A DNA stretch of 24,000 bases from Leeia oryzae DSM 17879. Lineage in GTDB: Bacteria; Pseudomonadota; Gammaproteobacteria; Burkholderiales; Leeiaceae. Where the stretch lies: assembly GCF_000376945.1 (NCBI RefSeq), contig NZ_AQXU01000025.1, forward strand, positions 539,982 to 563,981, in the 5' to 3' direction. Position numbers and translations under genes: made by a program. The notes beneath the pieces are model-generated. The model searched no databases, had not been told where the DNA came from, and saw nothing but the letters and a program-made list of their open reading frames with translations. Positions 1 through 9,165 of the stretch are shown here, in pieces; positions within the stretch are counted from its first letter, which is position 1, and each line of letters begins with the position of its first letter.

Positions 1-969
1 CAGCACACCATGGCGACAGTGGCCCGCCAGCATGACTTTACCCAGCGATCGCCCGTTTACGGTCAGGATGAAATCTCCGAAACCGCCACCCTGTTTAACC
101 AGTTGCTGGAAGAACAAAGCCGCCACCTGAAGCAAATCCAGGACGGCGCCAACCAGATTGGCGTAGCAGCAGCCCAAATGGCCTCCGCAGCAACCCAGGT
201 TGCCTCTGCCGCCAGTATTCAAAGCGATTCCTCCGCCACAGTCGCCGCCACCGTCGAAGAAATGACCGTGAGTGTTCATCATGTGGCAGACCGCAGCAAG
301 GAAACCAAAGCGCTGGCAGAACAATCCAGTCAGCTGGTTGCCAACGGACGAACCCGCATTTCCGACACTGTAGATGACATCCGCCAGATTTCCACGCTGG
401 TCAAGGATGCCCAAAGCCGTATCACGCAGGTTGAGCAACGCAGTCTGGAAGTCACCCAAGTCTTGAGTGTGATCAAGGATGTCGCGGAACAAACCAACCT
501 GCTGGCGCTCAACGCCGCCATCGAAGCCGCCAGGGCTGGCGAGCAGGGCAGAGGGTTTGCCGTGGTGGCAGATGAAGTGCGCAAACTGGCAGAAAGAACA
601 GCCAACTCCACCACCGAAATTACGGCAACCATTGATGCGATGACCACCGACACGCAAAGTGCCACGCACCAGATTCGGCAAGCCATAGAACAGGTGGAAA
701 TCGGTGTCAGCCGGGCTGACGAAGCCAACAAGTCCATTACGGAAATCGGCGCTTCGGCATTATCGACCGTGCAGATGGTTGGTGAAATCAGCAGTGCCAT
801 CAGCGAGCATGGCGTAGCCAGCAATCAAATTGCCGTGCACATTGAAACCATTGCCCAGCAAACCGAAGAGTCCAGCGCCATCGCCTTGCAAACCTCGGAG
901 GCATCGCAACAACTGGAAATCATTGCCAGCGACCAATTACGGCTATTGTCCATTTACAAATTTGCCTGA
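1..969 (+). CDS. Methyl-accepting chemotaxis protein, C-terminal portion (5' end outside the window)
   Basis: The frame is open from nt 1; the listed ORF 10..969 begins only at the first in-frame Met. It contains the near-invariant MCP signalling hairpin [34 protein letters not shown], flanked by Ala/Ser/Gln/Glu-rich coiled-coil sequence. Confidence 0.9.
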   Translation, partial: QHTMATVARQHDFTQRSPVYGQDEISETATLFNQLLEEQSRHLKQIQDGANQIGVAAAQMASAATQVASAASIQSDSSATVAATVEEMTVSVHHVADRSKETKALAEQSSQLVANGRTRISDTVDDIRQISTLVKDAQSRITQVEQRSLEVTQVLSVIKDVAEQTNLLALNAAIEAARAGEQGRGFAVVADEVRKLAERTANSTTEITATIDAMTTDTQSATHQIRQAIEQVEIGVSRADEANKSITEIGASALSTVQMVGEISSAISEHGVASNQIAVHIETIAQQTEESSAIALQTSEASQQLEIIASDQLRLLSIYKFA

Positions 970-989
970 GCCCCCACTAGATCACCATT

Positions 990-1011
990 CTGGCGGCAGC
1001 CATGCCGCCAG
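990..1011. terminator. GC-rich hairpin between the convergent MCP and chrA genes (possible terminator, no U-tract)
   Basis: CTGGCGGC (990-997) and GCCGCCAG (1004-1011) form a perfect 8-bp stem with a 6-nt loop. There is no T-run on either side, so an intrinsic-terminator call is weak. Confidence 0.3.
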
Positions 1012-1096
1012 AGCCAGGCTCGTCACCGAGTCGCTGGCAACCAGCCTGTGTCGGCTCCGGCCTTTGATCTGGCAATACTCCCCTCCGGATGACGCG

Positions 1097-2488
1097 CTAC
1101 AGCAACACCTTCAGCCCCCACCCCAACAGTGCGCATACCGCAATGACGTGAATCACATTGCGCTTGAAGCGGAACAAGGCGACGGCCGCTCCCAGCGCAA
1201 TCACGGCGGACCAGATATCAAACCGCCCCTGAAAACCTTGTGGCCACAGGACATGGTAGCCAAAGAACAGGGCCAGATTCAGAATCACCCCGACCACCGC
1301 GGCGGTAATGGCAGTGAGCGGGGCGGTAAATTTCAGGTCGTTATGGGTGGATTCCACCATCGGGCCACCGGCCAGAATAAAGATGAACGATGGCAAAAAG
1401 GTAAACCAGGTCACCAGCGTAGCGGCGACCGCGCCAGCCAGAAACAGCTGGTCAGCCCCGAATACGGCTTTGACATAGCCCCCCACAAAACCGACGAACG
1501 CCACCACCATGATCAGCGGTCCGGGCGTGGTTTCGCCCAGTGCCAGCCCGTCCATCATCTGGGTCGGGCTCAGCCACAGATAATGCCCTACAGCACCCTG
1601 GTACACATACGGCAATACCGCGTACGCACCGCCAAAGGTCAGCAAGGCCGCTTTGGTAAAGAACCAGCCCATTTGCGTCAGGGTATGCGACCAGCCCAGT
1701 GACGTCGTCAGTAGCACCATCGGCACGGCCCACAGCAAGCCCCCGGCCAATAACACCTGTCCCAGGCGGAAGAAACTGAAACGGGCATGCGCCGGCGTGG
1801 GGGTATGGTCGTCAATCAGCGCCGGACCATAGGATGCATCGGCCTTGCCGTGGCCGCCACCGGTCTTGAAGGTATCGGGTGATACCCGTCCGCCGACATA
1901 GCCAATCAGCGCCGCGACGGCCACAATCAGCGGAAACGGGACGTTAAAGGCAAAAATGGCTACAAAGGCCGCTGCGGCAATGGCCCATAGCGGACGGTTC
2001 TTGAGGGCGCGTCCGCCAATGCGGTGCGCGGCCTGAATCACGATCGCAGTCACGGCCGGCTTGATGCCGTAGAAAATACCCGCCACAAAAGACACATCCC
2101 CAAACGCAATATATACCCACGATAACACCACCAGAATCAGCAGCGAAGGCAGCACAAACAAGGCACCAGCCACCACGCCGCCCCAGGTACGGTGCATCAG
2201 CCAGCCGATATAGGTGGCCAGCTGTTGCGCCTCCGGGCCGGGCAGTACCATGCAGTAGTTCAGCGCATGCAGGAAGCGCCGTTCGGAAATCCAGCGCCGG
2301 TTTTCTACCAGTTCCTGATGCATGATCGAGATCTGCCCCGCTGGGCCGCCAAAACTGATGAACCCCAGTTTTAGCCAAAAACGGAACGCTTGCCAGAAAC
2401 TGACTGGCGCTGGCGGTGTCGCAGGAGGAAGCGAAGGTGTTGAAGACATGGCAGAAGAACCGGCAGGTAAAAAATCACACCTTACCAT
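1097..2488 (-). CDS. chrA: Chromate ion transporter, long-chain CHR family (ChrA)
   Basis: A 463-aa polytopic membrane protein with two CHR halves. N-terminal signature: FISFGGPAGQISIMHQELVENRRWISERRFLHALNYCMVLPGPEAQQLATYIGW. The second half has LLTFGGAYAVLPYVYQGAV...GLALGETTPGPLIMV. An alternative ATG at 2449 (MSSTPSL...) is equally plausible; neither start has a clear SD. Confidence 0.9.
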   Translation of the reverse strand: MVRCDFLPAGSSAMSSTPSLPPATPPAPVSFWQAFRFWLKLGFISFGGPAGQISIMHQELVENRRWISERRFLHALNYCMVLPGPEAQQLATYIGWLMHRTWGGVVAGALFVLPSLLILVVLSWVYIAFGDVSFVAGIFYGIKPAVTAIVIQAAHRIGGRALKNRPLWAIAAAAFVAIFAFNVPFPLIVAVAALIGYVGGRVSPDTFKTGGGHGKADASYGPALIDDHTPTPAHARFSFFRLGQVLLAGGLLWAVPMVLLTTSLGWSHTLTQMGWFFTKAALLTFGGAYAVLPYVYQGAVGHYLWLSPTQMMDGLALGETTPGPLIMVVAFVGFVGGYVKAVFGADQLFLAGAVAATLVTWFTFLPSFIFILAGGPMVESTHNDLKFTAPLTAITAAVVGVILNLALFFGYHVLWPQGFQGRFDIWSAVIALGAAVALFRFKRNVIHVIAVCALLGWGLKVLL

Positions 2489-2529
2489 AAAGCGGCTGCC
2501 GGCCTCAGCCAGAGAAAACGTAGGGAGGC

Positions 2530-3066
2530 TTAATTCTGCATCATGTTGTGGTGCATGCCGTCATGCGGCATGCTGCCGGCTTCGGCATCCTTGCCATGGT
2601 CAGACACTTGCGCATCAAACCATTGATGCAGCGCTGTCACCAAAGAGGCATCCCGGGTGGTGTATTCAATCTGCCCGCCGCCCGGTACGTCCTGATACCG
2701 CACCTGCACGGTACCTGGCTTGGCCAGCTGCAAAACGGCCAGCCCCTGCATATCCATGCCATGAATATGCGCTGGCGCTGAAAAGTCACCCTGGCCAAAC
2801 TGGGCCGCAATCATGCCCAGATGCATGCGGATCATGCCGATCTGCGCAGTATTGCCCGCATCCCGTACCAGTACCTGCTGCACGCCGCCGGCTGGCGTTT
2901 TGGTAAACACATGCCGGGTAGCTTGTAGCTGAAACGGCATCACCTCGGCCCCTCGGCTGGCCACTTCAGCTTGCCGGCTGGTCTCTTCTGCGAACGTTGG
3001 CCCGGCAACCAGTAACGTGCTGCATCCGGACAGCGTTAACGTCATCACGGTGAATTGTTTTAACAC
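2530..3066 (-). CDS. Exported (possibly lipo-)protein of unknown function with a His/Met-rich C-terminus
   Basis: N-terminal signal sequence with a lipobox-like LSGC and a possible SPase I site TFA/EE. AGGAG at 3073-3077 sits 6 nt from the GTG at 3066; the listed start 3072 abuts the SD. The C-terminal tail is SMPHDGMHHNMMQN, with internal HIHGMDMQG and MIRMHLGM. I do not recognise the family. Confidence 0.6.
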   Translation of the reverse strand: MLKQFTVMTLTLSGCSTLLVAGPTFAEETSRQAEVASRGAEVMPFQLQATRHVFTKTPAGGVQQVLVRDAGNTAQIGMIRMHLGMIAAQFGQGDFSAPAHIHGMDMQGLAVLQLAKPGTVQVRYQDVPGGGQIEYTTRDASLVTALHQWFDAQVSDHGKDAEAGSMPHDGMHHNMMQN

Positions 3067-3125
3067 GAGCACCTCCTTTCAAAAACACCTGCTGCAATCT
3101 GACAAACACAGACCCAACCCTCAAA

Positions 3126-3491
3126 TCATACCTGCCGGATAGCATCCAGTATCAGATGCCCACCGATAAACAAGACAAAAACCCCGAACATCAGCTTGAG
3201 CATCTGTGCCTGCAACTGGCTGGCCAGCGTACCCCCTAGCCAGCCACCGACCATGAAGGCCGCCGCCACAATCAGCGCCGCCCGGAGATCTACATTGCCG
3301 TGCTGGTAATACTGGTAGGCCGCACCAATCCCCACCGGGGGCAGCAGAATGGCCAGGCTGGTCCCTACCGCCGCGTGCTGACTGAATTTGGCAAAGTAGA
3401 TCAGCGCCGGCACGATCAACACCCCGCCACCAATCCCGAACAGTCCGGAAGCCACTCCGGCAGATACCCCGATCAGCAAAAACATCCACAT
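3126..3491 (-). CDS. Half-size TauE/SafE (TSUP) family membrane transporter, about 121 aa with 4 predicted TM segments
   Basis: MWMFLLIGVSAGVASGLFGIGGGVLIVPALIYF is the typical TSUP G-x-GGG motif, followed by three more hydrophobic segments. I place the start at the ATG at 3491. The listed 5' extension to 3596 is hydrophilic and runs into the lysR promoter region. Confidence 0.75.
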   Translation of the reverse strand: MWMFLLIGVSAGVASGLFGIGGGVLIVPALIYFAKFSQHAAVGTSLAILLPPVGIGAAYQYYQHGNVDLRAALIVAAAFMVGGWLGGTLASQLQAQMLKLMFGVFVLFIGGHLILDAIRQV

Positions 3492-3557
3492 CACACACCC
3501 CGTTTTCCGCCATCGCTGGCAAAACCTGATGTCATGTACTCTATCGCGATCAAATCT

Positions 3558-3572
3558 ATCAAACAAACGGAT
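3558..3572. promoter_or_regulatory. LTTR-box-like site (ATC-N9-GAT, T-N11-A) in the tauE-like/lysR divergent intergenic region
   Basis: tATCaaacaaacgGATt lies 51-65 nt upstream of the lysR ATG and 67-81 nt upstream of the TauE-like ATG. Nearby are the palindrome ATCGCGAT (3543-3550) and the inverted pair ATCTATC (3554-3560) / GATAGAT (3601-3607). Motif match only. Confidence 0.35.
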
Positions 3573-3580
3573 TGTTTTCA

Positions 3581-3586
3581 TATAAT
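3581..3586 (+). promoter_or_regulatory. Candidate -10 hexamer for the LysR-family gene
   Basis: A perfect TATAAT lies 37 nt upstream of the ATG at 3623. No good -35 is present (TATCAA / ATCAAA at 17-18 nt). Confidence 0.35.
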
Positions 3587-3622
3587 CTACCAGCAAAATC
3601 GATAGATGATGGAAAGTACGCC

Positions 3623-4540
3623 ATGAAACTCACCCTCCGCCAGTTGCAGATTTTTTCAGCCATTGTCAAAACCGGCAGTACCTCGGCGGCAGCCGCCTAT
3701 CTGTCGCTTTCACAATCGGCCGTCAGTGCGGCGCTCAGCGAACTGGAGCACAGCATCGGCAACCCGCTGTTTGACCGGGCCGGGCGCAAACTGCAGCTCA
3801 ATGACAAAGGCCGGGGCTTGCTGCCCATGGTGCTCAACCTGCTGGACAACGCCAACCGGCTGGAAGAAGCGTGCGTTGGCCAGGCACATAGCGTATTGCG
3901 TATCGGTGCCAGCCTGACCATTGGCAATTACACCCTGCCAAAGCTGCTCCGTCATTACTTCGAGACGCTGGGGCTACAGCTGGGCGATGAAACGCCGCCC
4001 CTGCAGATTACCGTTGCCAGCACGGGTGACGTCACGCAACAGGTCGCCGGTTTCGAGGTAGATATCGGCCTGGTGGAGGGGTCTTGCCATGCCGCAGAGA
4101 TCACCGTCAACCGCTGGCTGCCGGATGAACTGCTGATTGTGGCGGCGCCCGGGCACCCTGTCGTCCGGGCCTTCGGGGATCAGCCGGCGCCGGTCAGCAG
4201 GTTGTCGAACTCTAACTGGCTGTTAAGAGAAAAAGGCTCCGGTACACGGGAAATTCTGGAACTGCTGCTGTTGCCACAATTGGGTAAACTCAATAGCACC
4301 ATCGAATTCAACGACCACGAGGCCATCAAGAATGCGGCGGCGGCCGGCCTTGGCATCGCTTGTCTGTCCCGCTGGGTGGTGCAAGACATGCTCGATAGCG
4401 GCAGGCTGGTGGTTATCCGCAGCCAGCTCGCGCCGATCGAACGGAATTTTTCCATTCTGGTCCATGACCGTAAAACCATTACCCCCGGCATGCAGCAGTT
4501 CCTGAGTTTTTTGCAGCAGGAGCACCTTCAACAACAATGA
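3623..4540 (+). CDS. LysR-family transcriptional regulator
   Basis: N-terminal wHTH: MKLTLRQLQIFSAIVKTGSTSAAAAYLSLSQSAVSAALSELE. This is followed by a roughly 200-aa LysR substrate-binding fold. GGAAAG lies 7 nt upstream of the ATG at 3623. It is divergent from the TauE-like gene, a classic LTTR arrangement. Confidence 0.9.
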   Translation: MKLTLRQLQIFSAIVKTGSTSAAAAYLSLSQSAVSAALSELEHSIGNPLFDRAGRKLQLNDKGRGLLPMVLNLLDNANRLEEACVGQAHSVLRIGASLTIGNYTLPKLLRHYFETLGLQLGDETPPLQITVASTGDVTQQVAGFEVDIGLVEGSCHAAEITVNRWLPDELLIVAAPGHPVVRAFGDQPAPVSRLSNSNWLLREKGSGTREILELLLLPQLGKLNSTIEFNDHEAIKNAAAAGLGIACLSRWVVQDMLDSGRLVVIRSQLAPIERNFSILVHDRKTITPGMQQFLSFLQQEHLQQQ

Positions 4541-4649
4541 TGGTCTGCATGACTCACCTGCCCGTCTTCCGCCATGGCTGCTAAGGTTCGCTTAAGGATT
4601 GCCGGTTATCATGGGTAGCATTGAATGATTTCTGACCATGGACCCCCAT

Positions 4650-4919
4650 ATGCGCAAACTGTTATCCATCCTGGCTTCTCTCGGCCTGCTCAGCATGAGC
4701 GAACTCGCCATCAGCGAGACCAGTGCCGCCGCACTGATCTCCCGCGCCTCACTGGCAGAAACCAGCATGCAGAACGCTGTGCAGCAGGCGGGTTACACCA
4801 TTCTCGGCTTCCGGACATCGGGCGTATGCTTCGAGATTGAGGGCTTGTCCAGACATGGTCAGCCGGTACACCTGCTGTATAACCCGGTGGACGGGTCTGT
4901 AGCCCGCCACATCGCCTGA
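4650..4919 (+). CDS. Small secreted protein, PepSY-like
   Basis: Signal peptide MRKLLSILASLGLLSMSELAIS. This is followed by a single roughly 60-aa module (A..A....GY.I......G.CFEIEG....G..V.L.YNP.DG.V) resembling PepSY. The assignment is tentative. Confidence 0.5.
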   Translation: MRKLLSILASLGLLSMSELAISETSAAALISRASLAETSMQNAVQQAGYTILGFRTSGVCFEIEGLSRHGQPVHLLYNPVDGSVARHIA

Positions 4920-4971
4920 GCAGCACGCTCCCTTACCGGCAAAACCCATTGCCGGCAACCTGGTAAGCACC

Positions 4972-5571
4972 ATGCTAGAAAAGCTCAATACCACCCTCTT
5001 CCTGCTGATTAATGCCCCTGCACATGCGAATGGCGTTGGAGTGGGTCTGGCCATTTTCTGCGCGGACTATCTGGTCTTCAGCATTCCCTTGCTGTTGGTC
5101 GCCGGCTGGTTGTACGGCTCTGCCACGGTCAGACGCCATGCACTGGAAGCATTTGTCGCCGGCCTGATCGGCCTGGCACTTAACCAGCTGATTGGCCTCT
5201 TTTGGCAACACCCCCGCCCGTTCATGATCGGGCTTGGGCATACCCTGATTCCGCATGCGGCAGACTCGTCTTTTCCGAGTGACCACATGACGCTGATGTG
5301 TGCCGTAGGGCTGAGCCTGTGGCTGCATGTCCGCACCCGTCTGGCCGGCCTGGCCTTGCTGCTGCTCGCATTGCCCGTTGCCTGGGCCAGAATCTATCTG
5401 GGCGTCCACTTTCCGCTGGACATGCTGGGCGCCATCGCGGTCGCTGGTGTCTCTGCTTGCCTGAGCCGCTGGAGCGCGCCGCGTTATCTGGACAAACTGC
5501 ACCGGCCAATCGACCAGCTATATCGACTGGTGTTTGCCGGGGCGATCCGGGCTGGGTGGGTCAAACCCTAG
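4972..5571 (+). CDS. PAP2-family phosphatase (undecaprenyl-diphosphatase BcrC/YbjG-like)
   Basis: A membrane protein with the three PAP2 motifs: QHPRP (K/R-x6-RP), PSDH (PSGH) and ARIYLGVHFPLD (SR-x5-H-x3-D). Confidence 0.85.
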   Translation: MLEKLNTTLFLLINAPAHANGVGVGLAIFCADYLVFSIPLLLVAGWLYGSATVRRHALEAFVAGLIGLALNQLIGLFWQHPRPFMIGLGHTLIPHAADSSFPSDHMTLMCAVGLSLWLHVRTRLAGLALLLLALPVAWARIYLGVHFPLDMLGAIAVAGVSACLSRWSAPRYLDKLHRPIDQLYRLVFAGAIRAGWVKP

Positions 5572-5686
5572 CCAGTCTGTGTTTTTTTGCCATCAGCCGG
5601 CTGAAGCCCGGCCAATGGAACTTTGGGCAGATTGTCCTTTCATACCTTAAATACCATGATGCTCATCCAACAATTTTATTTGCCAT

Positions 5687-5715
5687 TTGCGTAGAAAAAT
5701 TGCATAGTTTTTAAT
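5687..5715 (+). promoter_or_regulatory. Candidate sigma70-type promoter for cfa
   Basis: TTGCGT (5687-5692), a 17-nt spacer, then TTTAAT (5710-5715), about 50 nt upstream of the cfa ATG. Motif match only. Confidence 0.3.
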
Positions 5716-5767
5716 CACGAGCACCACCCGAGATTTTGTCTGGCACCCGATTGCAGGAGCCATATAG

Positions 5768-6940
5768 ATGAATGACAACACCAAGACACTGGACGGCTGG
5801 ATCCCCACAGGAAAGCCGGACAACAACTCTGCAAAGCAAGTCTTGTCCTCCCTGCTGGCCAAGGCCGACGTCCAGCTGGATGGTAATCGGCCCTGGGACA
5901 TCCAACTATTGAGCCCGGACGTACCGGAGCGGGTGCTGGCCTATGGCAGCCTCGGTTTCGGTGAAGCCTACATGGACGGACACTGGACGTGCGAGCGGCT
6001 GGACCAGCTGTTCGAACACATCGCCCGCGCCCACCTGGCAGACCAGATCAAACCCCTGCCCATGCTGTTCCATATGCTGCGCCACCGCTGGTTCAACCAC
6101 CAGAGTCAGCGCCACGTATGGCAAGTCGGCAAACAGCATTACGACCTCAACAACGCCTTCTACCAGGCCATGCTGGACAAGCGCATGACCTATACCTGCG
6201 GCTACTGGCACAACGCCACCACGCTGGACGAAGCGCAGGAGCACAAGCTGGACATGGTATGCCGCAAGCTGGGGCTGACCCCCGGCATGCGGGTACTGGA
6301 TATCGGCTGCGGCTGGGGCAGTTTCATGAAATTTGCCGCCGAGCACTATGGCGTCAGCTGCGTCGGCGTGACAGTGTCTGCCGAGCAGGCCAGACTGGGC
6401 GAACAGCTCTGCGAAGGGTTGCCGGTATCCTTTTTTCTGCAGGACTACCGGGACATCAGCGGCACGTTTGACCGGGTCGTCAGCCTGGGCATGTTCGAGC
6501 ACGTGGGCCAGAAAAACTACCAAGACTACATGCACGTGGTACATCACTGCCTGCCGGAAGGCGGGCTGTTTCTGCTGCACACCATTGGCCGCAACGAGAC
6601 CGGGCACGGCACAGATCCCTGGATCGACAAATATATCTTCCCGCATGGCGAGCTGCCCACCATCGCCGGTATCGGCAAGGCCTGCGAACACCTGTTTGTG
6701 GTGGAAGACCTGCATAACTTTGGCACCGATTACGACCGCACCCTGATGGCATGGCACGCCAACTTCGAAGCGGCCTGGCCGACATTTGCCAGCACACTGG
6801 GAGAGCGGTTCGAACGCATGTGGCGCTATTACCTGCTCTCTTGTGCCGGGTCTTTCCGCGCGCGTGACATTCAGCTCTGGCAGTGGGTCCTCTCCAAAGG
6901 CGGGGTACAAGGCGGCTGGCGGCGGCCTGACGGTCTGTAG
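5768..6940 (+). CDS. cfa: Cyclopropane-fatty-acyl-phospholipid synthase
   Basis: 390 aa. HYDLNNAFYQAMLDKRMTYTCGYW, the SAM-binding motif VLDIGCGWGSF, and the C-terminal WRYYLLSCAGSFRARDIQLWQ are typical of Cfa. AGGAG lies 8 nt upstream of the ATG. Confidence 0.9.
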   Translation: MNDNTKTLDGWIPTGKPDNNSAKQVLSSLLAKADVQLDGNRPWDIQLLSPDVPERVLAYGSLGFGEAYMDGHWTCERLDQLFEHIARAHLADQIKPLPMLFHMLRHRWFNHQSQRHVWQVGKQHYDLNNAFYQAMLDKRMTYTCGYWHNATTLDEAQEHKLDMVCRKLGLTPGMRVLDIGCGWGSFMKFAAEHYGVSCVGVTVSAEQARLGEQLCEGLPVSFFLQDYRDISGTFDRVVSLGMFEHVGQKNYQDYMHVVHHCLPEGGLFLLHTIGRNETGHGTDPWIDKYIFPHGELPTIAGIGKACEHLFVVEDLHNFGTDYDRTLMAWHANFEAAWPTFASTLGERFERMWRYYLLSCAGSFRARDIQLWQWVLSKGGVQGGWRRPDGL

Positions 6941-7047
6941 CCGTTCCGGACAACCCAGACGAAATCAGCTGCAAAGCCGGCGCCCATGTATTAAGCTGCA
7001 CCTGAACCCGCCAAACATCGCCAATTTCGCCCCAGCAAGGAGCACAC

Positions 7048-7929
7048 ATGAACCCGATCCAGCGCATCGAAGCCAAAGCCACCGATCTGGGAGAGGGCAT
7101 GATTGTCTACCGTGCCTTGCCCACCAAACAATGCCGCATGATTGGTGCCTGGTGCTTTCTAGACCACGCCGGCCCGATGCCCTTTGCGCCGGGCCAGGGC
7201 ATGCATGTAGGGGCGCATCCGCACACCAGCCTGCAAACGTTCTCCTGGCTGATTGAAGGCGAAGTGCTGCACCGGGACAGTCTGGGCAGCAAGCAGGTCA
7301 TCCGCCCCGGTGAAGTCAACCTGATGACGGCCGGCCACGGCATTGTCCATACCGAAGATACGCTGCCAGAGGCCACCGGCATGCATCTGGCACAACTCTG
7401 GATTGCGCTGCCATCCAGCGCCAAAGACTGTGCGCCGGCCTTTGACCACTACCCGGTCCTGCCACGCTGGGTGGCTGACCACTGCACCTTTACCCTGCTG
7501 GCAGGTACGTATGCCGGGCACACCGCCCCTGCGACGCTCTATACCCCGCTGATCGGCATGGATGTCCTCGCCTCGGCAGCAACGACACTGACCCTGCCGC
7601 TTGACCCTGCTTTCGAATATGGACTGTTTGCGCTGGAAGGCGGCTTTACGTGTGGGGCAGAAGCCTTCAACACCAACGAGCTGGCTTATCTGGGGGCCGG
7701 TTCAGCAGCCGTGACGGTTGAGCTGACCGCTGGCACGCGCCTGCTGCTGCTGGGCGGAGAACCCTTTGCAGAGCAGATTACCATGTGGTGGAATTTTGTC
7801 GGACACAGCAAAGAAGACATCATGAAAGCCCAGCAACAGTGGGCAGCCAAAGACCCACGCTTTGGGGTGGTGGATAATCCAGACGAAAGACGTCTGGTTG
7901 CACCACCCTTGCCGTGGGCGGGCAGCTAA
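7048..7929 (+). CDS. Pirin-family protein (bicupin)
   Basis: HPHTSLQTFSWLIEGEVLHRDSLGSKQVIRPGEVNLMTAGHGIVHTE contains the pirin metal-binding His/Glu pattern. The length of 293 aa fits. AAGGAG lies 5 nt upstream of the ATG. Confidence 0.9.
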   Translation: MNPIQRIEAKATDLGEGMIVYRALPTKQCRMIGAWCFLDHAGPMPFAPGQGMHVGAHPHTSLQTFSWLIEGEVLHRDSLGSKQVIRPGEVNLMTAGHGIVHTEDTLPEATGMHLAQLWIALPSSAKDCAPAFDHYPVLPRWVADHCTFTLLAGTYAGHTAPATLYTPLIGMDVLASAATTLTLPLDPAFEYGLFALEGGFTCGAEAFNTNELAYLGAGSAAVTVELTAGTRLLLLGGEPFAEQITMWWNFVGHSKEDIMKAQQQWAAKDPRFGVVDNPDERRLVAPPLPWAGS

Positions 7930-7983
7930 GACGCAACGCGGGCCCGCCATCTGCGGATGACAGGCCCGACGTGTACATGCCGG

Positions 7984-8532
7984 TCAATCGTGCTGGTTTC
8001 TGACCTTGGCAACCAGTACCTCCATCTGGGTCGTTACCAGCTGGATCAAGCGCTCTTCAATCAAGTTACCTTCCGCATCAAACGAAGCGGACATGGCTTG
8101 GGCAAACACCTCTGGCTTGTTGATCGGATACAGATCCAGAAACACGCATACTTGCCGCAGGTGATACTGGGCACGAGAAGACCCCATGCCGCCGCCCGCG
8201 CCCATGATGGCGACGGACTTGCCCGCCAGCAGTGCGTTGTTTGGCTCGCGTGAGGCCCAGTCCAGAATGTTCTTCAGCGCAGGTGCCAGCGAGTAGTTGT
8301 ATTCCGTACAGGCAAAGACCAGGGCGTCGGCCTCCTTGATCTGGTCTAGCACCCGTTGGACCGAAGCCGGTCTTTCGGCAATATCCGCGTTATAAAACGG
8401 GATATCCAGCAGGTTGGCAATTTCCATGCTCACGCCTTCCGGCAAATGCGCTTTTGCTGCGCGCAACAACCCCTGGTTTGTCGATTTTTTGCGCAAACTG
8501 CCCGCAATTCCCAGCAACTTGATCTGTTTCAT
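7984..8532 (-). CDS. NAD(P)H-dependent FMN reductase (YieF/ChrR-like)
   Basis: LLGIAGSLRKKSTN, TEYNYSLAPALKNILDWASR and QYHLRQVCVFLDLYPINKPE closely parallel the E. coli YieF pattern as I recall it. The start is taken at the ATG at 8532 (MKQIKLL); an alternative lies at 8547. Confidence 0.85.
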   Translation of the reverse strand: MKQIKLLGIAGSLRKKSTNQGLLRAAKAHLPEGVSMEIANLLDIPFYNADIAERPASVQRVLDQIKEADALVFACTEYNYSLAPALKNILDWASREPNNALLAGKSVAIMGAGGGMGSSRAQYHLRQVCVFLDLYPINKPEVFAQAMSASFDAEGNLIEERLIQLVTTQMEVLVAKVRNQHD

Positions 8533-8613
8533 GGCAACATTCCCCATATAAGTGTGTATCTACGGTTGGAATCAACAACACCCCGAATAGTTCATTATAG
8601 GCAGACAGTTGTC

Positions 8614-9165
8614 ATGGCTCCCGAAACTTATTCTAAAGCGACAATGCCCACCCCGTTCCAGATTCGCGACATCCGCACAGAAGAGCATGACACGCTCGGC
8701 CGGCTGATGTGCGAGGTCTATGCCAGCCTGCCGGGGTTTCCTACGCCCGCAGAGCAGCCCGGTTATTACGACATGCTGGCCCATATCGGCCGGTTTACCG
8801 ACAAACCCGCCACCCGGGTGCTGGTCGCCGTGGATCAGCACGCTACGGTGCTGGGCGGCATCGTCTACTTTGGTGACATGACCCAATACGGGTCTGGCGG
8901 CTCCGCCACGCAAGAAACACATGCGGCGGGCATCCGCTTGCTGGGAGTCAGCCATGCGGCACGCGGACAAGGTATCGGCAAGGCACTGACTGAAGCCTGC
9001 ATCCAGTGCGCCAAAGACCAGCAGCAGCAACAGGTCATCCTGCATACCACCCAGGCCATGCAAACCGCATGGCACCTGTACGAGCGGTTAGGCTTTACCC
9101 GCTCTCCCGACCTCGATTTTCTGCAAGGTACGCTGCAGGTGTACGGGTTTCGGCGCCCCTTGTAA
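8614..9165 (+). CDS. GNAT-family N-acetyltransferase
   Basis: Acetyl-CoA motif LLGVSHAARGQGIGKALTEA (R/Q-x-x-G-x-G/A), with the C-terminal YERLGF. The start is either the ATG at 8614 or the ATG at 8644. The listed ORF start at 8356 overlaps the divergent reductase gene and is rejected. Confidence 0.8.
   Translation: MAPETYSKATMPTPFQIRDIRTEEHDTLGRLMCEVYASLPGFPTPAEQPGYYDMLAHIGRFTDKPATRVLVAVDQHATVLGGIVYFGDMTQYGSGGSATQETHAAGIRLLGVSHAARGQGIGKALTEACIQCAKDQQQQQVILHTTQAMQTAWHLYERLGFTRSPDLDFLQGTLQVYGFRRPL

Noticed and set aside
830-1702. A 290-aa plus-strand ORF overlapping the 3' end of the MCP gene and antisense to chrA.
   Set aside because: It is Pro/Arg/Gly/His-rich low-complexity translation, typical of an out-of-frame or antisense read of GC-rich coding DNA. 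The opposite strand encodes a convincing ChrA with family motifs.
5741-5755. A sigma54-like motif, TGGCACccgaTTGCA, just upstream of cfa.
   Set aside because: The GG-to-GC spacing is one nucleotide short of the strict -24/-12 geometry. The motif ends 13 nt before the ATG and overlaps the SD (AGGAG at 5755-5759), so the transcript would lack a ribosome-binding site.
5906-6910. A 334-aa minus-strand ORF antisense to cfa, plus the other long antisense ORFs at 6480..7100, 12651..13439, 21676..22176 and 22386..23081.
   Set aside because: Each lies entirely inside a gene with strong family motifs on the other strand (cfa, the fusion enzyme, lipA, lipB/ybeD). Their translations are compositionally skewed and motif-free. 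Such shadow ORFs are expected at about 60% GC.
8356-8613. The 5' extension of the GNAT ORF, with a listed start at 8356.
   Set aside because: The extension overlaps the divergent FMN-reductase coding sequence and its promoter region. It has no GNAT-related sequence, and the GNAT fold begins just after the ATGs at 8614 and 8644.
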